DNA of 64,000 bases from Myxococcota bacterium. GTDB lineage: Bacteria; Myxococcota; XYA12-FULL-58-9; JABJBS01. The position numbers were made by a program, and so were the translations under genes. The stretch spans positions 121,624 through 185,623 of the forward strand of contig JAYZAY010000011.1 of the NCBI GenBank assembly GCA_036339465.1, written 5' to 3'. Each line of letters opens with the position of its first letter. Position 1 is the first letter of the stretch. A model generated the notes under the pieces. The model had not been told where the DNA came from, made no database searches, and was given only the letters and a program-made list of their open reading frames with translations. Below are positions 1-10,858 of the stretch, piece after piece.

Positions 1-829
1 AAAGTTCTTCGAGAGCCTTGGCTGATAGAATCATGTTGTTTTTGAAAATACGCTGATATCGCGCTCCCAGGTCAATGGTAAATTCGACATCACAGCGCTC
101 TGGTTGTGGGAAAAAGAGTTTGGGTGCTCTCACTTTGGCGGTCCAATACCCCCTGCGTACGAAGAAATCTACGAGTCTTTCGCGCTCCGAATCGAGCAAT
201 GCTTGATTGAGTCTGGTTCCCTGTTTTGTTGCTATGTTTCGGAGTAAGACTTGCCTTTGTAGATCAGTGGATAGCCCTAAGAATTTTATGGATTGGATGA
301 GACTGGGCGGCCCCTCTTCCACATTGATAATTAGGTGGCGTCCTCGTAATGACTCTTTTTGGATGACGATGTCCACTTTGGGTTGCCGAAATCCGTTGGC
401 GTTAAGGAATCTTTCTAGATTGTTTTGGATGCGTGTGGTTGAATTGTTCTCCAAGAAACTGCCTACGCGGAGATTGAGCCTGGAACGTATGGAGGTTTCA
501 TCGAGGATACTTAAACCCTGTATGGAGATATCCTCGAGCACCAACCTGGGTTCTAGTACAAAGGTTAATTCCACGGCACCTCCTAGGCGCTTGGCAAAGA
601 CCCGAATATTCTGGAATTTTCCTGTGCCATAGATTCGCTTGATCGCTGTTTGAATATCCTGCTCATGCAGTAGAAAGCCGGGATGAATATCGATGAGTTC
701 TCGTAGTTGTGATGGATAGAGCTCTTCTGGAGCCACCACGTTGACCGAAAGAACCGGTTGGTTCCGGTATGGTGAAAGCGGATCTGAACTCATAAGGTTC
801 AGGGATAAAATGAGCGCGAAGTATAACAT
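1..829 (-). CDS. Omp85 family (BamA/TamA-like) outer-membrane protein, N-terminal POTRA region; truncated by window start
   Basis: Not in the ORF track because it runs off the edge. Manual translation from ATG 829 gives MLYFALILSLNL..., with POTRA-like segments (IQTAIKRIYGTGKFQNIRV; IINVEEGP..IQSIKFLG; LVDFFVRRGY..AKV). Directly downstream of tamB. Confidence 0.8.
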   Translation of the reverse strand, partial: MLYFALILSLNLMSSDPLSPYRNQPVLSVNVVAPEELYPSQLRELIDIHPGFLLHEQDIQTAIKRIYGTGKFQNIRVFAKRLGGAVELTFVLEPRLVLEDISIQGLSILDETSIRSRLNLRVGSFLENNSTTRIQNNLERFLNANGFRQPKVDIVIQKESLRGRHLIINVEEGPPSLIQSIKFLGLSTDLQRQVLLRNIATKQGTRLNQALLDSERERLVDFFVRRGYWTAKVRAPKLFFPQPERCDVEFTIDLGARYQRIFKNNMILSAKALEEL

Positions 830-851
830 GTTGTTGTTTGCTTATTCGACG

Positions 852-3800
852 TTAGTCAAATTTCCAATCTAAGCGCAAATCTAAACCAAGATCTCCAATG
901 GTTACCCGGCTTTCACTAACCCAAGTACCTTCTAGAATGACCCCCGGTTTAATATTGTATTCAAGGCTAAAGACGTGTTGTTCATCTTGTTCGTAGAGTG
1001 GTCCATTGTATTCGAGCTGCCATTTAGCGCCGAGTTCTTTTGACACTTGAATTCGTGGTTCGATACGACGACTTGTTTTGGAGTATCCACTTGTGAGTGA
1101 AAACTGGTCTACGAGGGGAAGATAGTTCTTAATCTGAGAATCCATACCCGTCACTTTCCAGAGAGCATCCATCGCTCCGGGAAGAACGCCGAGTCCCTCC
1201 CCATTTTCCCCACCGAGATTCGCAGTATTCAAGCTATCCAAACGAAGGCCAAATTGTGCACATAAGAGTGCCTCTTGGGGTTCTACGGGGCCGGAATCAT
1301 CTTGTCCCGTGGCGGAAATGGTATATCGGTCGGCATCTCCCCTGACCATGACCATAAGTGAAAGTCCACAAGCCTCGGTGGTGGCGCGGAGGTCATATCG
1401 GGGGCGGATCGCATATTCGTCGATGAAGTCGACGGTAGCATGTTGCACTCTGTAGTGATTTCCGCCGAGGGTGATGTTGGCCCAAATTAGTGATGCCGAA
1501 CCCAATAGACCGATCCTTTGGGTGGTTCCTGTTAAGTCAAGCTCTGCTTGAAGCTCTGACTCAATGAAATTGTTGATGAAAATAATATTGTCATCGGCCT
1601 TTAGCTTAATGCGAAGGTTAATGGGGGCTTGTGCTTCGGATTCGATACCCTGGGATTGATTGGCGAGACCGAGAAGATGCTTGAGGTCGATATTGGCATC
1701 GTATCGAAGTGATTGAAGTTCAATATCTCCTCGAAGCTGTAACTCATTGGATAAACCATTGAGTTGAAGTTGACCGCTGGCAACAAGATCGAGATTACTC
1801 AAGGGTTTCCAATAGACTTCGTTAATATCGAGCAGGAGGTCGAATTCAGGTTTTTGGTTGGCATGGAGAATCATATTTCCTTGGCCATTCACAATGCCAT
1901 CTTTAATGTGACCAGAAAAGTTTTCAATATGAACGGTCCTTCCGCTGAATCGAAGTTCACTTTCCAATTCATTGAGTTCCAAACCAAGGGAATCTACTTT
2001 GAGGTGAGCATCGGACATGACGGCTCGTCCGGAGATGCTGGGATTGTTCAACGGTCCATCGATTTGTAGTGCAAAGTTAATGGGCGCTTTTCCTGAGCTG
2101 AGTTCGACGAGTTTAAGCAGTTCCTTAAAATCCCCTGTGCCGGAGGTTGTTAATTGGACTTGGCCATTTTCGTCCAATGTACCACGCAAGGTCCCCCTGA
2201 GCTGACCGTTTGTGATGACGCTAGGCTCGATCGTGAGTAATTTTTCAGACAGTTGCATTCGAATGGGGCCTTCGTTTCGAAATTCCTGGTCGTGAATTTT
2301 CAGGTGGAGTTGGTTGAGTTCCGAATCGATGCCTATTTTCTCGATTTCTTCGAGAGTTCCTTGGGCGAACACGCTGCCTGAGGTGATCGCTTTGAGAGCG
2401 GGGGGCAAGGGAACAAGCTTGTTTGCGAGAATATTGATGAATGACAATGTGCCCGCGAAGCTGTAGTCGTTTTTTTGATTGATGTTAAATTCACCCGTGA
2501 GGGTATTTTCTATAGCGGCTACCTTGAGGTTTATCTGGCCGGCGTTTGCTTCAAATGTTGCGCTTATCTTTCCGAAGTCAGCGTCGTTTAGTTTAGCGTT
2601 GTCCACACGGATGATTCCCATTCCGCTCATCATGTGGAAAAAATTTCTCATTTTGGTTTGACCTGACAAAGTGCCTTGTAATTTGGTCCCATCCAACCAA
2701 GGGTTGAAAATGGATGTGGGAACTTCTTGGGCTTTTAGGGCGAGGTCTAATTGGTTGAGTTTAGGTAGAAGTATTTTGGCTTCCAGGTTTCCGCTTCCAG
2801 GGCTGTGGGTGGTCGTCATCGCCATGATATTTCCATTTTGACGAAGCTGAATATTTCCTGTTGTTTCACCTATTTCAACATCCCGATATTCGAGGGAGGG
2901 ACTGTGAAATGATATTTGACCCTCCAGTTTTTCCAAGGGCCCGCGGAGATTGGCTTCTGCATTGACGAGTCCCTTGAGCCCCACACGCACCTCGGGAAGT
3001 AGGTCTAGGGCTTCGAGTAACTCGATACCTTCGGTTTGGTTTGTTTTGACGAAAAGTTCGGTTTGGTCGGGATGGAAAAAGTGAATGCGCCCTTTTCCTT
3101 CAAGATAGCCAAGTTTATAGCGGAGTTTTGCCCGTAGGATGTGAAGGATTTCTTTGTGGTACATTACCGTAGATGTGGTTTTTCCTAATTGGATTCCTGC
3201 AATGGCAAGGTCTTTCATCTCTACCGTACCCGAGAGAGCCAGCGATTTTAAGGGGCCCTCCAAGGTTGCAGCTATATTGCCGAATCCCTCGTAGGAGAGG
3301 CCGGCGATGGGACCGAATCTTTTCAGGTTTACGCGTGTGCCATGGATTTGTAGTTCAGATAATTGGGGTGCGGCTATAGCAATTGAACCGTTTACGGCGA
3401 AGGTGGCCCCTGCCATTCTAAGTTTTGTGCCTAGAAAATGAATTGATTCCCGAGACCAGCTGAATGCACCCGAGATAGCGGTGGGGGGGATGGTGATAAT
3501 ATGTTCGCCGTTTGATGAAATGACTGTGGGGGTGTTTAGGTTGAGTGCCACAGTGGTTCGGTGTCGTTTTTGTCTCGAGACAGGGTTTGTTTTCAAAGTA
3601 CCGCTTAAAGTTGTTTCGACAGGGTAGGGAGATTCTATGCCGAAAATCGGGTAGAGTGTGCTTAGTTTTATGGTGCTTAATTCGAGATTGACCTTGAGGG
3701 AATCTAGGGGGGAATTCAGATTTGCTTGGAGGCTGGCAATGAGTTTCTTCTCTTTGTTTTGGGTCCACACGATTTTTTCAAGCGAGATCCTTTCAAGGGT

Positions 3801-4748
3801 ACTCTTTCCCTTGATGACAAGATTTCCAGCTCCCAGCCCAGGCGCTTCGACTTCGTTGCCCGCAAAGTGGAAATCAGCTTCTAACTTGTCGAGAGGTCCT
3901 TTAAGATTGGTTTGATAGGATAGAGAACCTTTGAGGTCGATGTCTGTGAAGAAGTTGCAAATAGAGTAAAGATCTAATTTTCCGTGAACACTCATGGTGA
4001 GATTTGGAGTTTGAAGGTAGGGAAACTCAAAGCTTCCAGCCAATAGAGCTTCCGATTTGTTTGTCTGCAGAACCAGGGACGGTATTGTAAATGTTGGGTA
4101 GCCGAATTCAGGATGACGACCCAGTACGAAATCCCCTTGAATTCCTATTTTTGCAATCTTACCAGTTGCAATATGCTTGATGATACCTTCTCTAATTTCC
4201 AACTCATAACTGTGTTCTGAGCCCAATGTGGAACGTGAGAGCTGGGCTGAGTTGAGTTGAATCATCACGTCTTGCTGCGTCAAATGGATGGTTACATCGA
4301 ATAATTCTATATTTGGAAACTGCAGTTTCAAAAGGCCAAGCTCATCCTCATTTGTCGAATCTCTTTGGTACTTAGGTGGGGGTGGCTCTGAGTTTTCTTC
4401 AATATGGCCAAGAATTCCCCAGGCCACGACGCGAAATGGTAATTTATCTGGAGATAGGAGGTGAAAGTAATTTGGTCGGACTGAAAGAAGTCGGACCTGC
4501 CCATGGTGAAGGTCTTGGTTATCTCCAACGGGAATTTCATTAAACCGGAGGTCTCGGACTTGTAGTTCGAGTGGAAGAAATTTGAATTCAACCGAAGCTA
4601 GGGAGACATCCTGCCCGAAATGTTCTTTTAGAAGGTTGGTGGTCCAAGGGGCTAAGGTCTCTGGGGTAAAATAGACCTTGGCCAGCACGCCCATAAGGAT
4701 CAGGCTTAGGGAAATTACCAGTAGGATTAATTGACCCAATCTTTTCAT
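852..4748 (-). CDS. tamB: Translocation and assembly module TamB / AsmA-like protein
   Basis: 1298 aa with N-terminal membrane anchor, long beta-rich repeats and a TamB-like C-terminus (GPLNNPSISG; GLDLRLDWKFD); adjacent to an Omp85 gene. Confidence 0.8.
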   Translation of the reverse strand: MKRLGQLILLVISLSLILMGVLAKVYFTPETLAPWTTNLLKEHFGQDVSLASVEFKFLPLELQVRDLRFNEIPVGDNQDLHHGQVRLLSVRPNYFHLLSPDKLPFRVVAWGILGHIEENSEPPPPKYQRDSTNEDELGLLKLQFPNIELFDVTIHLTQQDVMIQLNSAQLSRSTLGSEHSYELEIREGIIKHIATGKIAKIGIQGDFVLGRHPEFGYPTFTIPSLVLQTNKSEALLAGSFEFPYLQTPNLTMSVHGKLDLYSICNFFTDIDLKGSLSYQTNLKGPLDKLEADFHFAGNEVEAPGLGAGNLVIKGKSTLERISLEKIVWTQNKEKKLIASLQANLNSPLDSLKVNLELSTIKLSTLYPIFGIESPYPVETTLSGTLKTNPVSRQKRHRTTVALNLNTPTVISSNGEHIITIPPTAISGAFSWSRESIHFLGTKLRMAGATFAVNGSIAIAAPQLSELQIHGTRVNLKRFGPIAGLSYEGFGNIAATLEGPLKSLALSGTVEMKDLAIAGIQLGKTTSTVMYHKEILHILRAKLRYKLGYLEGKGRIHFFHPDQTELFVKTNQTEGIELLEALDLLPEVRVGLKGLVNAEANLRGPLEKLEGQISFHSPSLEYRDVEIGETTGNIQLRQNGNIMAMTTTHSPGSGNLEAKILLPKLNQLDLALKAQEVPTSIFNPWLDGTKLQGTLSGQTKMRNFFHMMSGMGIIRVDNAKLNDADFGKISATFEANAGQINLKVAAIENTLTGEFNINQKNDYSFAGTLSFINILANKLVPLPPALKAITSGSVFAQGTLEEIEKIGIDSELNQLHLKIHDQEFRNEGPIRMQLSEKLLTIEPSVITNGQLRGTLRGTLDENGQVQLTTSGTGDFKELLKLVELSSGKAPINFALQIDGPLNNPSISGRAVMSDAHLKVDSLGLELNELESELRFSGRTVHIENFSGHIKDGIVNGQGNMILHANQKPEFDLLLDINEVYWKPLSNLDLVASGQLQLNGLSNELQLRGDIELQSLRYDANIDLKHLLGLANQSQGIESEAQAPINLRIKLKADDNIIFINNFIESELQAELDLTGTTQRIGLLGSASLIWANITLGGNHYRVQHATVDFIDEYAIRPRYDLRATTEACGLSLMVMVRGDADRYTISATGQDDSGPVEPQEALLCAQFGLRLDSLNTANLGGENGEGLGVLPGAMDALWKVTGMDSQIKNYLPLVDQFSLTSGYSKTSRRIEPRIQVSKELGAKWQLEYNGPLYEQDEQHVFSLEYNIKPGVILEGTWVSESRVTIGDLGLDLRLDWKFD

Positions 4749-4805
4749 CGCCAGTTTCTCGTGAGCTAACCCATGGATATTGAAGCATTCTCTATGGCTT
4801 AGAGG

Positions 4806-6035
4806 CTAGCATGTTGGTGGGAGGGACGTCTCCTTTTTGACGGACGCTTGAATAAAGTCAATAATTTTATGGGCCACAGCTATTTTGGGTTGGTCGATCA
4901 CCATTTGGGTCTCTCCCTCTTTGTTTAAGAGCAAGACCGTATTTGTTGCTGAGCCAAACCCCCCTTCGGGGGCAGTAATGTCGTTGGCAACAATCAAATC
5001 GAGTCCCTTCTGGGCTAATTTTTCCCGCGCATATTTCTCCAGTTGTTCACTTTCTGCAGCAAAACCGACCATATACTGCCCCTTTTTCTGTTGAGAGAGG
5101 GTTTGGATGATGTCTGGGTTTTTTGTTAGGGCGATGGATTTCAGATTGCTTTTGCCTTTTTTCAGCTTTTGAGCCGAAGGCTGAGCCGGGCGAAAGTCTG
5201 CGGGGGCGGCGGCCATAATCACCGTGTGGACCTTGTTTAAGCGTGTTGCACAGGCTTGGAGCATCTCTTGGGTAGAATTGACTTTAACCACTTCCTCCAG
5301 GTTGGTTGGTGTTGGCAATAGGGTGGGTCCGTGGACGAGATGCACATGGGCGCCTCGCTCGGTGGCTGCCTGGGCTATGGCAAATCCCATTTTTCCTGAG
5401 GAGGGGTTTGAGAGAAATCTTGCCGGATCGATGGGTTCACGGGTGGGGCCGGCGGTGACGAGGATGTGTTTTTCGATGAGGTCTTGCGGATAAAAAGCGC
5501 GACGAAAGAAATCGAGAATCACGTCGGGTTCTGGAAGTCGACCTATACCCTCTCGTCCTGATGCCAATGCTCCATTGTTGGGGTGTAAGATCTTGAAACC
5601 GCGTTTCCGAAGATTTTCCAGATTGTGGATGGTTGGGAGAGCATTCCACATCTCTGTTTCCATAGCCGGAGCGAGGCAAACGGGGTTTGGGGTACTTAAA
5701 CAGAGGGCGGTTAGGGGATCTGTGGCTCGTCCCTGGGCCAGACGACTCAACAGATCGGCCGTGGTTGGGGCGATGAGGCTTGCGGTTACCCGGTGGGCGA
5801 GTTCCACGTGAGAAACTTCTCCGGATTCCGAACTGGACCAAAGATTTGTGAGGGGGCGTCGTCCAGCTAAGACGGCGACGGAGAGTGGCGTCACGAAACG
5901 TTCTGCATTGGGGGTCATGATTGGCCAGACATTGGCCCCTTCTTCTACGAGTTTTCGGATCAAATAAAGGCTTTTGTAGGCCGCTATTCCGCCCGAAATA
6001 CCAATGGCGATGTCTTTACCTTGCAGCATTACCAA
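4806..6035 (-). CDS. coaBC: Phosphopantothenoylcysteine decarboxylase/synthase
   Basis: GISGGIAAYK, APAMETEMW, VTAGPTREPIDPARFLSNPSSGKMG and VGFAAE motifs. Confidence 0.97.
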   Translation of the reverse strand: MVMLQGKDIAIGISGGIAAYKSLYLIRKLVEEGANVWPIMTPNAERFVTPLSVAVLAGRRPLTNLWSSSESGEVSHVELAHRVTASLIAPTTADLLSRLAQGRATDPLTALCLSTPNPVCLAPAMETEMWNALPTIHNLENLRKRGFKILHPNNGALASGREGIGRLPEPDVILDFFRRAFYPQDLIEKHILVTAGPTREPIDPARFLSNPSSGKMGFAIAQAATERGAHVHLVHGPTLLPTPTNLEEVVKVNSTQEMLQACATRLNKVHTVIMAAAPADFRPAQPSAQKLKKGKSNLKSIALTKNPDIIQTLSQQKKGQYMVGFAAESEQLEKYAREKLAQKGLDLIVANDITAPEGGFGSATNTVLLLNKEGETQMVIDQPKIAVAHKIIDFIQASVKKETSLPPTC

Positions 6036-6140
6036 CCTATAGCGTATTCGTGCTGGGAGCGGTAGGGCTTGTGAGTTGTAGAATGACCCTTACTCTTGTG
6101 TGGATTGAGCACCCGAAAATGTTCTAGGAGGCTAGTGGCT

Positions 6141-6929
6141 ATGGGATTTATGGACCTGTTTAATAGGGGCCCTCTGTCCGAGAAGAAAATCGAAAAGATT
6201 ACGAAGTTGGCTTGTAATCCTTTTGCGCAACCTGATGTACGGGTTCGTGAAATGCAGCGTTTGTTGGCAGAGGGGACGCCCACCGCGCTTCGAGCCGCGC
6301 TCAAGAGGTTTGCGGCAAATGCCCATGGGGGTATTGCTGATGAGGAAGAGAAGGAGTGGCTTACGGAGAAATTGTTGGCTTTGGGAGAACCGATTGTTGA
6401 GCCCTTGGAGCACTACATTCAGAGCCAGAAACAATTGAGCCATGCCCTACAAACCTATGAGCAACTGGTTGGTAAGGACGCAGCGACCGAGTTTTTGCTC
6501 GGAACTTTAGAGAAGTTTGGTCCTGAAAGTCATCGTGAAGATGAGGCGAAAAAACAAATTATTCTACATTTGGCCGAGGGTTTGGACCGATTGGATGAGT
6601 TGGAGAGATTGGCGCCATTTCTTTTTGATCACAGTGACGATGTTCGATGGACAGTTCTCGATATTTTTGAACAATGGGTTGAGCGTGGGTTATTGGCGGA
6701 CAAAGAGGTGATGAAGACTTGGTCGAAACAGTTTGCTGATTTGGTTGTCGATCCTTATACGGCGCCGAGAATATTAAACAAAGTGCTCTCTATTGTTGAG
6801 AATGGTGAAATTCGCTTCGAGGGTGCTGCTGTGATATTACCCGACTCCTTGGAGGATACCTTCTTCATCGACAAGAAAGGTTATTTGAGACGTAGAGTCA
6901 AATCGGTGAAGCAGAGTGGCAAAAAGTAA
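6141..6929 (+). CDS. HEAT-repeat-like hypothetical protein
   Basis: Helical ORF with HEAT-like motif (LAPFLFDHSDDVRW); AGGAG at 6126-6130 supports a start at 6135 or 6141. Confidence 0.65.
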   Translation: MGFMDLFNRGPLSEKKIEKITKLACNPFAQPDVRVREMQRLLAEGTPTALRAALKRFAANAHGGIADEEEKEWLTEKLLALGEPIVEPLEHYIQSQKQLSHALQTYEQLVGKDAATEFLLGTLEKFGPESHREDEAKKQIILHLAEGLDRLDELERLAPFLFDHSDDVRWTVLDIFEQWVERGLLADKEVMKTWSKQFADLVVDPYTAPRILNKVLSIVENGEIRFEGAAVILPDSLEDTFFIDKKGYLRRRVKSVKQSGKK

Positions 6930-7143
6930 AGATTTTTCTTGACGTTCTAGTTCAGATAATGCGAAGTGGGCCCCACTGGGAGTACTTTCTCCCGCTTTGT
7001 TAATCAATCCATCTATGGCAGGTTAAATTAGTCGAAGGTTTAGGCCTTGGGTTTAAGAACGATTTTGCCGGGGTCAACAATCATTTCGTACAACAGAATA
7101 TACTATCAGGGTGCTAAGCCCCTCTTTCAGTGAGATATCCAAT

Positions 7144-8439
7144 ATGGCAAAAGCGAGTGCAAAAGTGGAAGTGAACCAAAGTGGTGAGGTGATTAACCTC
7201 AACGAACTCAAGAAAATGAAGCCCCAGCAGTTGGCACAATACGCTGTTAAGCTGGATGTTGAAGGCGTTGCCGGTATGCGTAAGCAGGAGCTTATGTTTG
7301 CAATACTTCAAGCACAAACCGATAAGGGCGGTTCTGTTTATTCCGAAGGGGTTTTGGAAACGCTACCGGATGGGTTTGGTTTCTTACGGGCTCCCGACTA
7401 CAATTATCTGCCGGGGCCAGACGATATCTATGTGTCGCCAGCTCAGATTCGCCGCTTAAACTTAAAGACAGGTGACACTGTTGCTGGCTTAATCCGGCCT
7501 CCGAAGGATTCCGAGCGATATTACGCTTTGTTACAAATCGAGCAGGTGAATTTTGAGAACTCAGAGAAGGCCAAGCAAAGAATCTTTTTTGACAATCTAA
7601 CGCCTCTTTATCCCACCGAACGATTTATGATGGAACACGATACCGCTGAGATGTCTACTCGGATTCTCGATCTCTTGGTGCCCATCGGTAAGGGGCAGCG
7701 GGCCTTGATTGTGTCACCACCCCGCGCAGGTAAGACGGTTTTCTTGCAAAATCTAGCCCGAGCCATTTCAGGCAATCATCCAGAAGCCTGGTTGATGGTA
7801 TTACTGATTGACGAACGACCTGAAGAAGTAACGGATATGCAGCGCTCTGTTGCAGGAGAAGTTGTGAGCAGCACATTTGATGAGCCTGCCCAGCGTCATG
7901 TTCAGGTAGCGGAAATGGTTATTCAAAAAGCGAAGCGATTGGTTGAGCATGGTCGCGACGTTATCATTCTACTGGATTCGATTACGCGTTTGGCACGTGC
8001 CTACAACACAGTTGTTCCACCAACCGGCAAGATCCTTTCGGGGGGGGTTGACTCCAATGCACTTCACAAACCCAAGCGATTTTTTGGTGCGGCTCGTAAT
8101 GTCGAAGAGGGCGGTTCCCTAACGATCATTGGCACAGCTTTGGTGGATACCGGTAGTCGTATGGACGAAGTAATCTTCGAGGAATTTAAAGGCACTGGTA
8201 ACTGCGAATTACATCTAGATCGCAAGCTTATGGAGAAGAGAATCTTTCCTTGTTTGGATATCAATCGCTCAGCGACCCGAAAGGAAGAGTTACTTCTTGA
8301 TGCTGCTGTATTGAGCCGAGTTTGGATCTTGAGACAATTACTTCACCCTCTCAATGTTATTGATTCTATGGAGTTTTTACTCTCCAAGATGAAGGGCACC
8401 AAGTGTAACCAAGAGTTTCTTGATTCTATGTCTTCCTAA
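7144..8439 (+). CDS. rho: Transcription termination factor Rho
   Basis: [49 protein letters not shown]. Confidence 0.99.
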   Translation: MAKASAKVEVNQSGEVINLNELKKMKPQQLAQYAVKLDVEGVAGMRKQELMFAILQAQTDKGGSVYSEGVLETLPDGFGFLRAPDYNYLPGPDDIYVSPAQIRRLNLKTGDTVAGLIRPPKDSERYYALLQIEQVNFENSEKAKQRIFFDNLTPLYPTERFMMEHDTAEMSTRILDLLVPIGKGQRALIVSPPRAGKTVFLQNLARAISGNHPEAWLMVLLIDERPEEVTDMQRSVAGEVVSSTFDEPAQRHVQVAEMVIQKAKRLVEHGRDVIILLDSITRLARAYNTVVPPTGKILSGGVDSNALHKPKRFFGAARNVEEGGSLTIIGTALVDTGSRMDEVIFEEFKGTGNCELHLDRKLMEKRIFPCLDINRSATRKEELLLDAAVLSRVWILRQLLHPLNVIDSMEFLLSKMKGTKCNQEFLDSMSS

Positions 8440-8551
8440 TTTTTCTCTTCGTTTTACAGGCTTCATATAACTCGCTCCTATTTCTCTTTGCCGGAGGTTT
8501 GGCTTAAACTGTCCTCTGTCCTATGATGGTGAATAAAGTAGGATAGAGACT

Positions 8552-10264
8552 ATGGAAAAGACAGAGCGGATCGGTGAACTTCTTCTTCGAGAAGGTGTTA
8601 TTTCAGTAGAACAGTTGCAGCGAGCTCAAGTGGAGCAGCGTCAAAGTGGCCGAAGGTTGGGAGAGATTCTCTCAGAGGCGGGGACCGTTGACGAGCAGGA
8701 GTTGGTGGCTTGTTTATCGGCTCAATACCAGGTTCCTTCCATTAATCTCGAAGATTTCGAAATCGACCCCAGTGTCTTGCAGCTTCTTCCTGTCGCGGTG
8801 GCGGAGAAGCATTGTTTATTGCCTATTGATCGGACGGGACAGACCATGGTTGTTGCCATGGCTGACCCTTCAAATATCCACGCCATTGATGATGTTAAAT
8901 TCCTTTTGGGATATAACGTTGAAGTTGTGGTGGCGGCTGAGTCTCAAATTAAAGCGGCTATCGCGGGCCATTACGGCACCGATATGGATGGAACCTACCA
9001 GCAGGTCATGCAGCAGTTGGACGATTCTGAAATTGAATTTGACGTGGGTGATGGTGATGAGTTTTTCGAAGCCGATGCTGGCGCAGACGCTGCGGATGAA
9101 GCACCTGTTGTTAAGTTAGTCAATCTGGTTTTAGTGGATGCTATTCGACGCGGCGCGTCGGATATTCATATTGAGAGTTACGAAAGCTCTTTTCGGGTTC
9201 GTTATCGTATCGACGGTGCTTTGTATGAGGTTATGAAACCGCCCACTAAATTCCGAGATGCTGTGGTGAGTCGTCTGAAAATCATGAGTCGACTCGATAT
9301 TGCAGAGAGGCGGCTTCCTCAAGATGGTCGTATTAAAATGAAATTAGGTAAGGGTCAAAGCATGGATTTTCGTGTTTCGGTACTGCCTACATTGTTTGGT
9401 GAAAAGGTTGTTTTGCGTCTTCTAGATAAGAGTAATCTTCAATTAGATATGACAAAGCTTGGTTTTGAAAAAGATTGTCTTTCTGCCTTTAAGAAGGCGA
9501 TTCACCGGCCCCATGGAATGGTTTTGGTGACAGGTCCCACCGGCTCGGGTAAAACAACAACCTTGTATTCGGCTTTATCTGACCTAAACAAAAGTACCGC
9601 GAATATATCCACGGCCGAAGATCCGGTGGAATTTAATTTATATGGGATTAATCAAGTTCAAATGCACGAAGACATTGGTCTCAATTTTGCGGCAGGGCTT
9701 CGGTCCTTTTTGAGACAGGATCCCGACATTATCATGGTGGGAGAGATACGTGACTTTGAAACGGCTGAAATCGCGATTAAAGCAGCTCTAACAGGCCACT
9801 TGGTTTTATCGACCCTGCACACCAATGATGCAGCTTCTACGGTTTCCAGGATGCTGAATATGGGTATTGAGCCTTTCTTGCTTACCGCCTCTCTAAATGC
9901 AGTCGTGGCTCAGCGTCTTGTTCGGAAAATCTGCGAAGATTGCAAGCACGAAATAGAGGTTGAGCGAGATTTTCTCTTGGATATTCAGATCCCTGAAGAT
10001 GATATTGGACGATTTACTATATATGAAGGGAGGGGTTGTCGTAGCTGTTCCGAAACTGGTTATAAGGGGCGGCTGGCGATTTATGAAGTGTTGGTTATGA
10101 CCGAGGGACTTAAGGATCTCCTCATCAATGGGGCTACGGGCGCGGAATTGAAAATGGAAGCGAGGAGAGAAGGGATGCGAACCTTACGTCAGAGTGCCTT
10201 ATTGAAATTAGAAGAGGGCATGATAACAGTGGAAGAAGTCGTTCGGGTGTCTGTTGCTGACTAG
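8552..10264 (+). CDS. pilB: Type IVa pilus extension ATPase PilB
   Basis: N-terminal MshEN-like RIGELL, ASDIHIE, Walker A GPTGSGKT, LRQDPDIIMVGEIRD, STLHTND, tetracysteine motif. Confidence 0.96.
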   Translation: MEKTERIGELLLREGVISVEQLQRAQVEQRQSGRRLGEILSEAGTVDEQELVACLSAQYQVPSINLEDFEIDPSVLQLLPVAVAEKHCLLPIDRTGQTMVVAMADPSNIHAIDDVKFLLGYNVEVVVAAESQIKAAIAGHYGTDMDGTYQQVMQQLDDSEIEFDVGDGDEFFEADAGADAADEAPVVKLVNLVLVDAIRRGASDIHIESYESSFRVRYRIDGALYEVMKPPTKFRDAVVSRLKIMSRLDIAERRLPQDGRIKMKLGKGQSMDFRVSVLPTLFGEKVVLRLLDKSNLQLDMTKLGFEKDCLSAFKKAIHRPHGMVLVTGPTGSGKTTTLYSALSDLNKSTANISTAEDPVEFNLYGINQVQMHEDIGLNFAAGLRSFLRQDPDIIMVGEIRDFETAEIAIKAALTGHLVLSTLHTNDAASTVSRMLNMGIEPFLLTASLNAVVAQRLVRKICEDCKHEIEVERDFLLDIQIPEDDIGRFTIYEGRGCRSCSETGYKGRLAIYEVLVMTEGLKDLLINGATGAELKMEARREGMRTLRQSALLKLEEGMITVEEVVRVSVAD

Positions 10265-10284
10265 GGGATAATTGACCATGAGAA

Positions 10285-10816
10285 ATGTCCCATAGGACCG
10301 AAGACAGCTAAATCTCCACTCAGGACTCTCTTAGCGACGACGCTTGAGTACCGAGTAAGTGAGTTGTGTTTTTTTGTGGGTGCGTGCCGATGGTTCGGAT
10401 TGATGGTCGACTTAACCCTATTGATGGGGATCGTCTCCGCGTCGAAACGGCCAGGAAATGAATGATTCCAATTCTCGTTGATGGTCAGATCGAGGAATTA
10501 GAGAAAAGACAACAATTGGATTTTTTATTCGGTCCCAAGAACACGTCTTGTTTTTGCGCCCATGTTTTTTATCAAGAGAGGAGGGCGTTTTTCTGCTTCG
10601 TTGTTCTTTTTCGATCAGGCGTTCACGCATCTGGTAGGAGAAGAGAAAGTTCATCAAATTTATTCACAGATGCAGGTATCTGGGTCAAAATACGGCATGC
10701 AGACCATAAGCAATGTTTTATCCGAGCTCGTCGAGGGGAAAATAATTCGCCCCCGCGAGGCAATAGTGCGCAGCCTCGCGAGTGAAGAACTAGAAAATAT
10801 GTTGACTCGGCTTTAA
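10285..10816 (+). pseudogene. pilT: Collapsed pilT (retraction ATPase) pseudogene
   Basis: Lies between pilB and pilC. Fragments in shifting frames: LLATTLEYRVSELCFFVG / PMVRIDGRLNPI...K*MIPILVDGQIEELEKRQQLDFLFG..SCFCAHVFYQ / AFTHLVGEEKVHQIYSQMQVSGSKYGMQT...EELENML. These match the PilT N- and C-termini; no Walker A/B region remains. Confidence 0.88.
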
Positions 10817-10858
10817 GAGATTAATGAACTCGGTGATTGAAGAGGTGAGGTTGTAACA

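Noticed and set aside
207..632. Plus-strand 141-aa ORF and the many other short ORFs nested in long genes
   Set aside because: Antisense or alternate-frame shadows of well-supported genes (here the POTRA protein)
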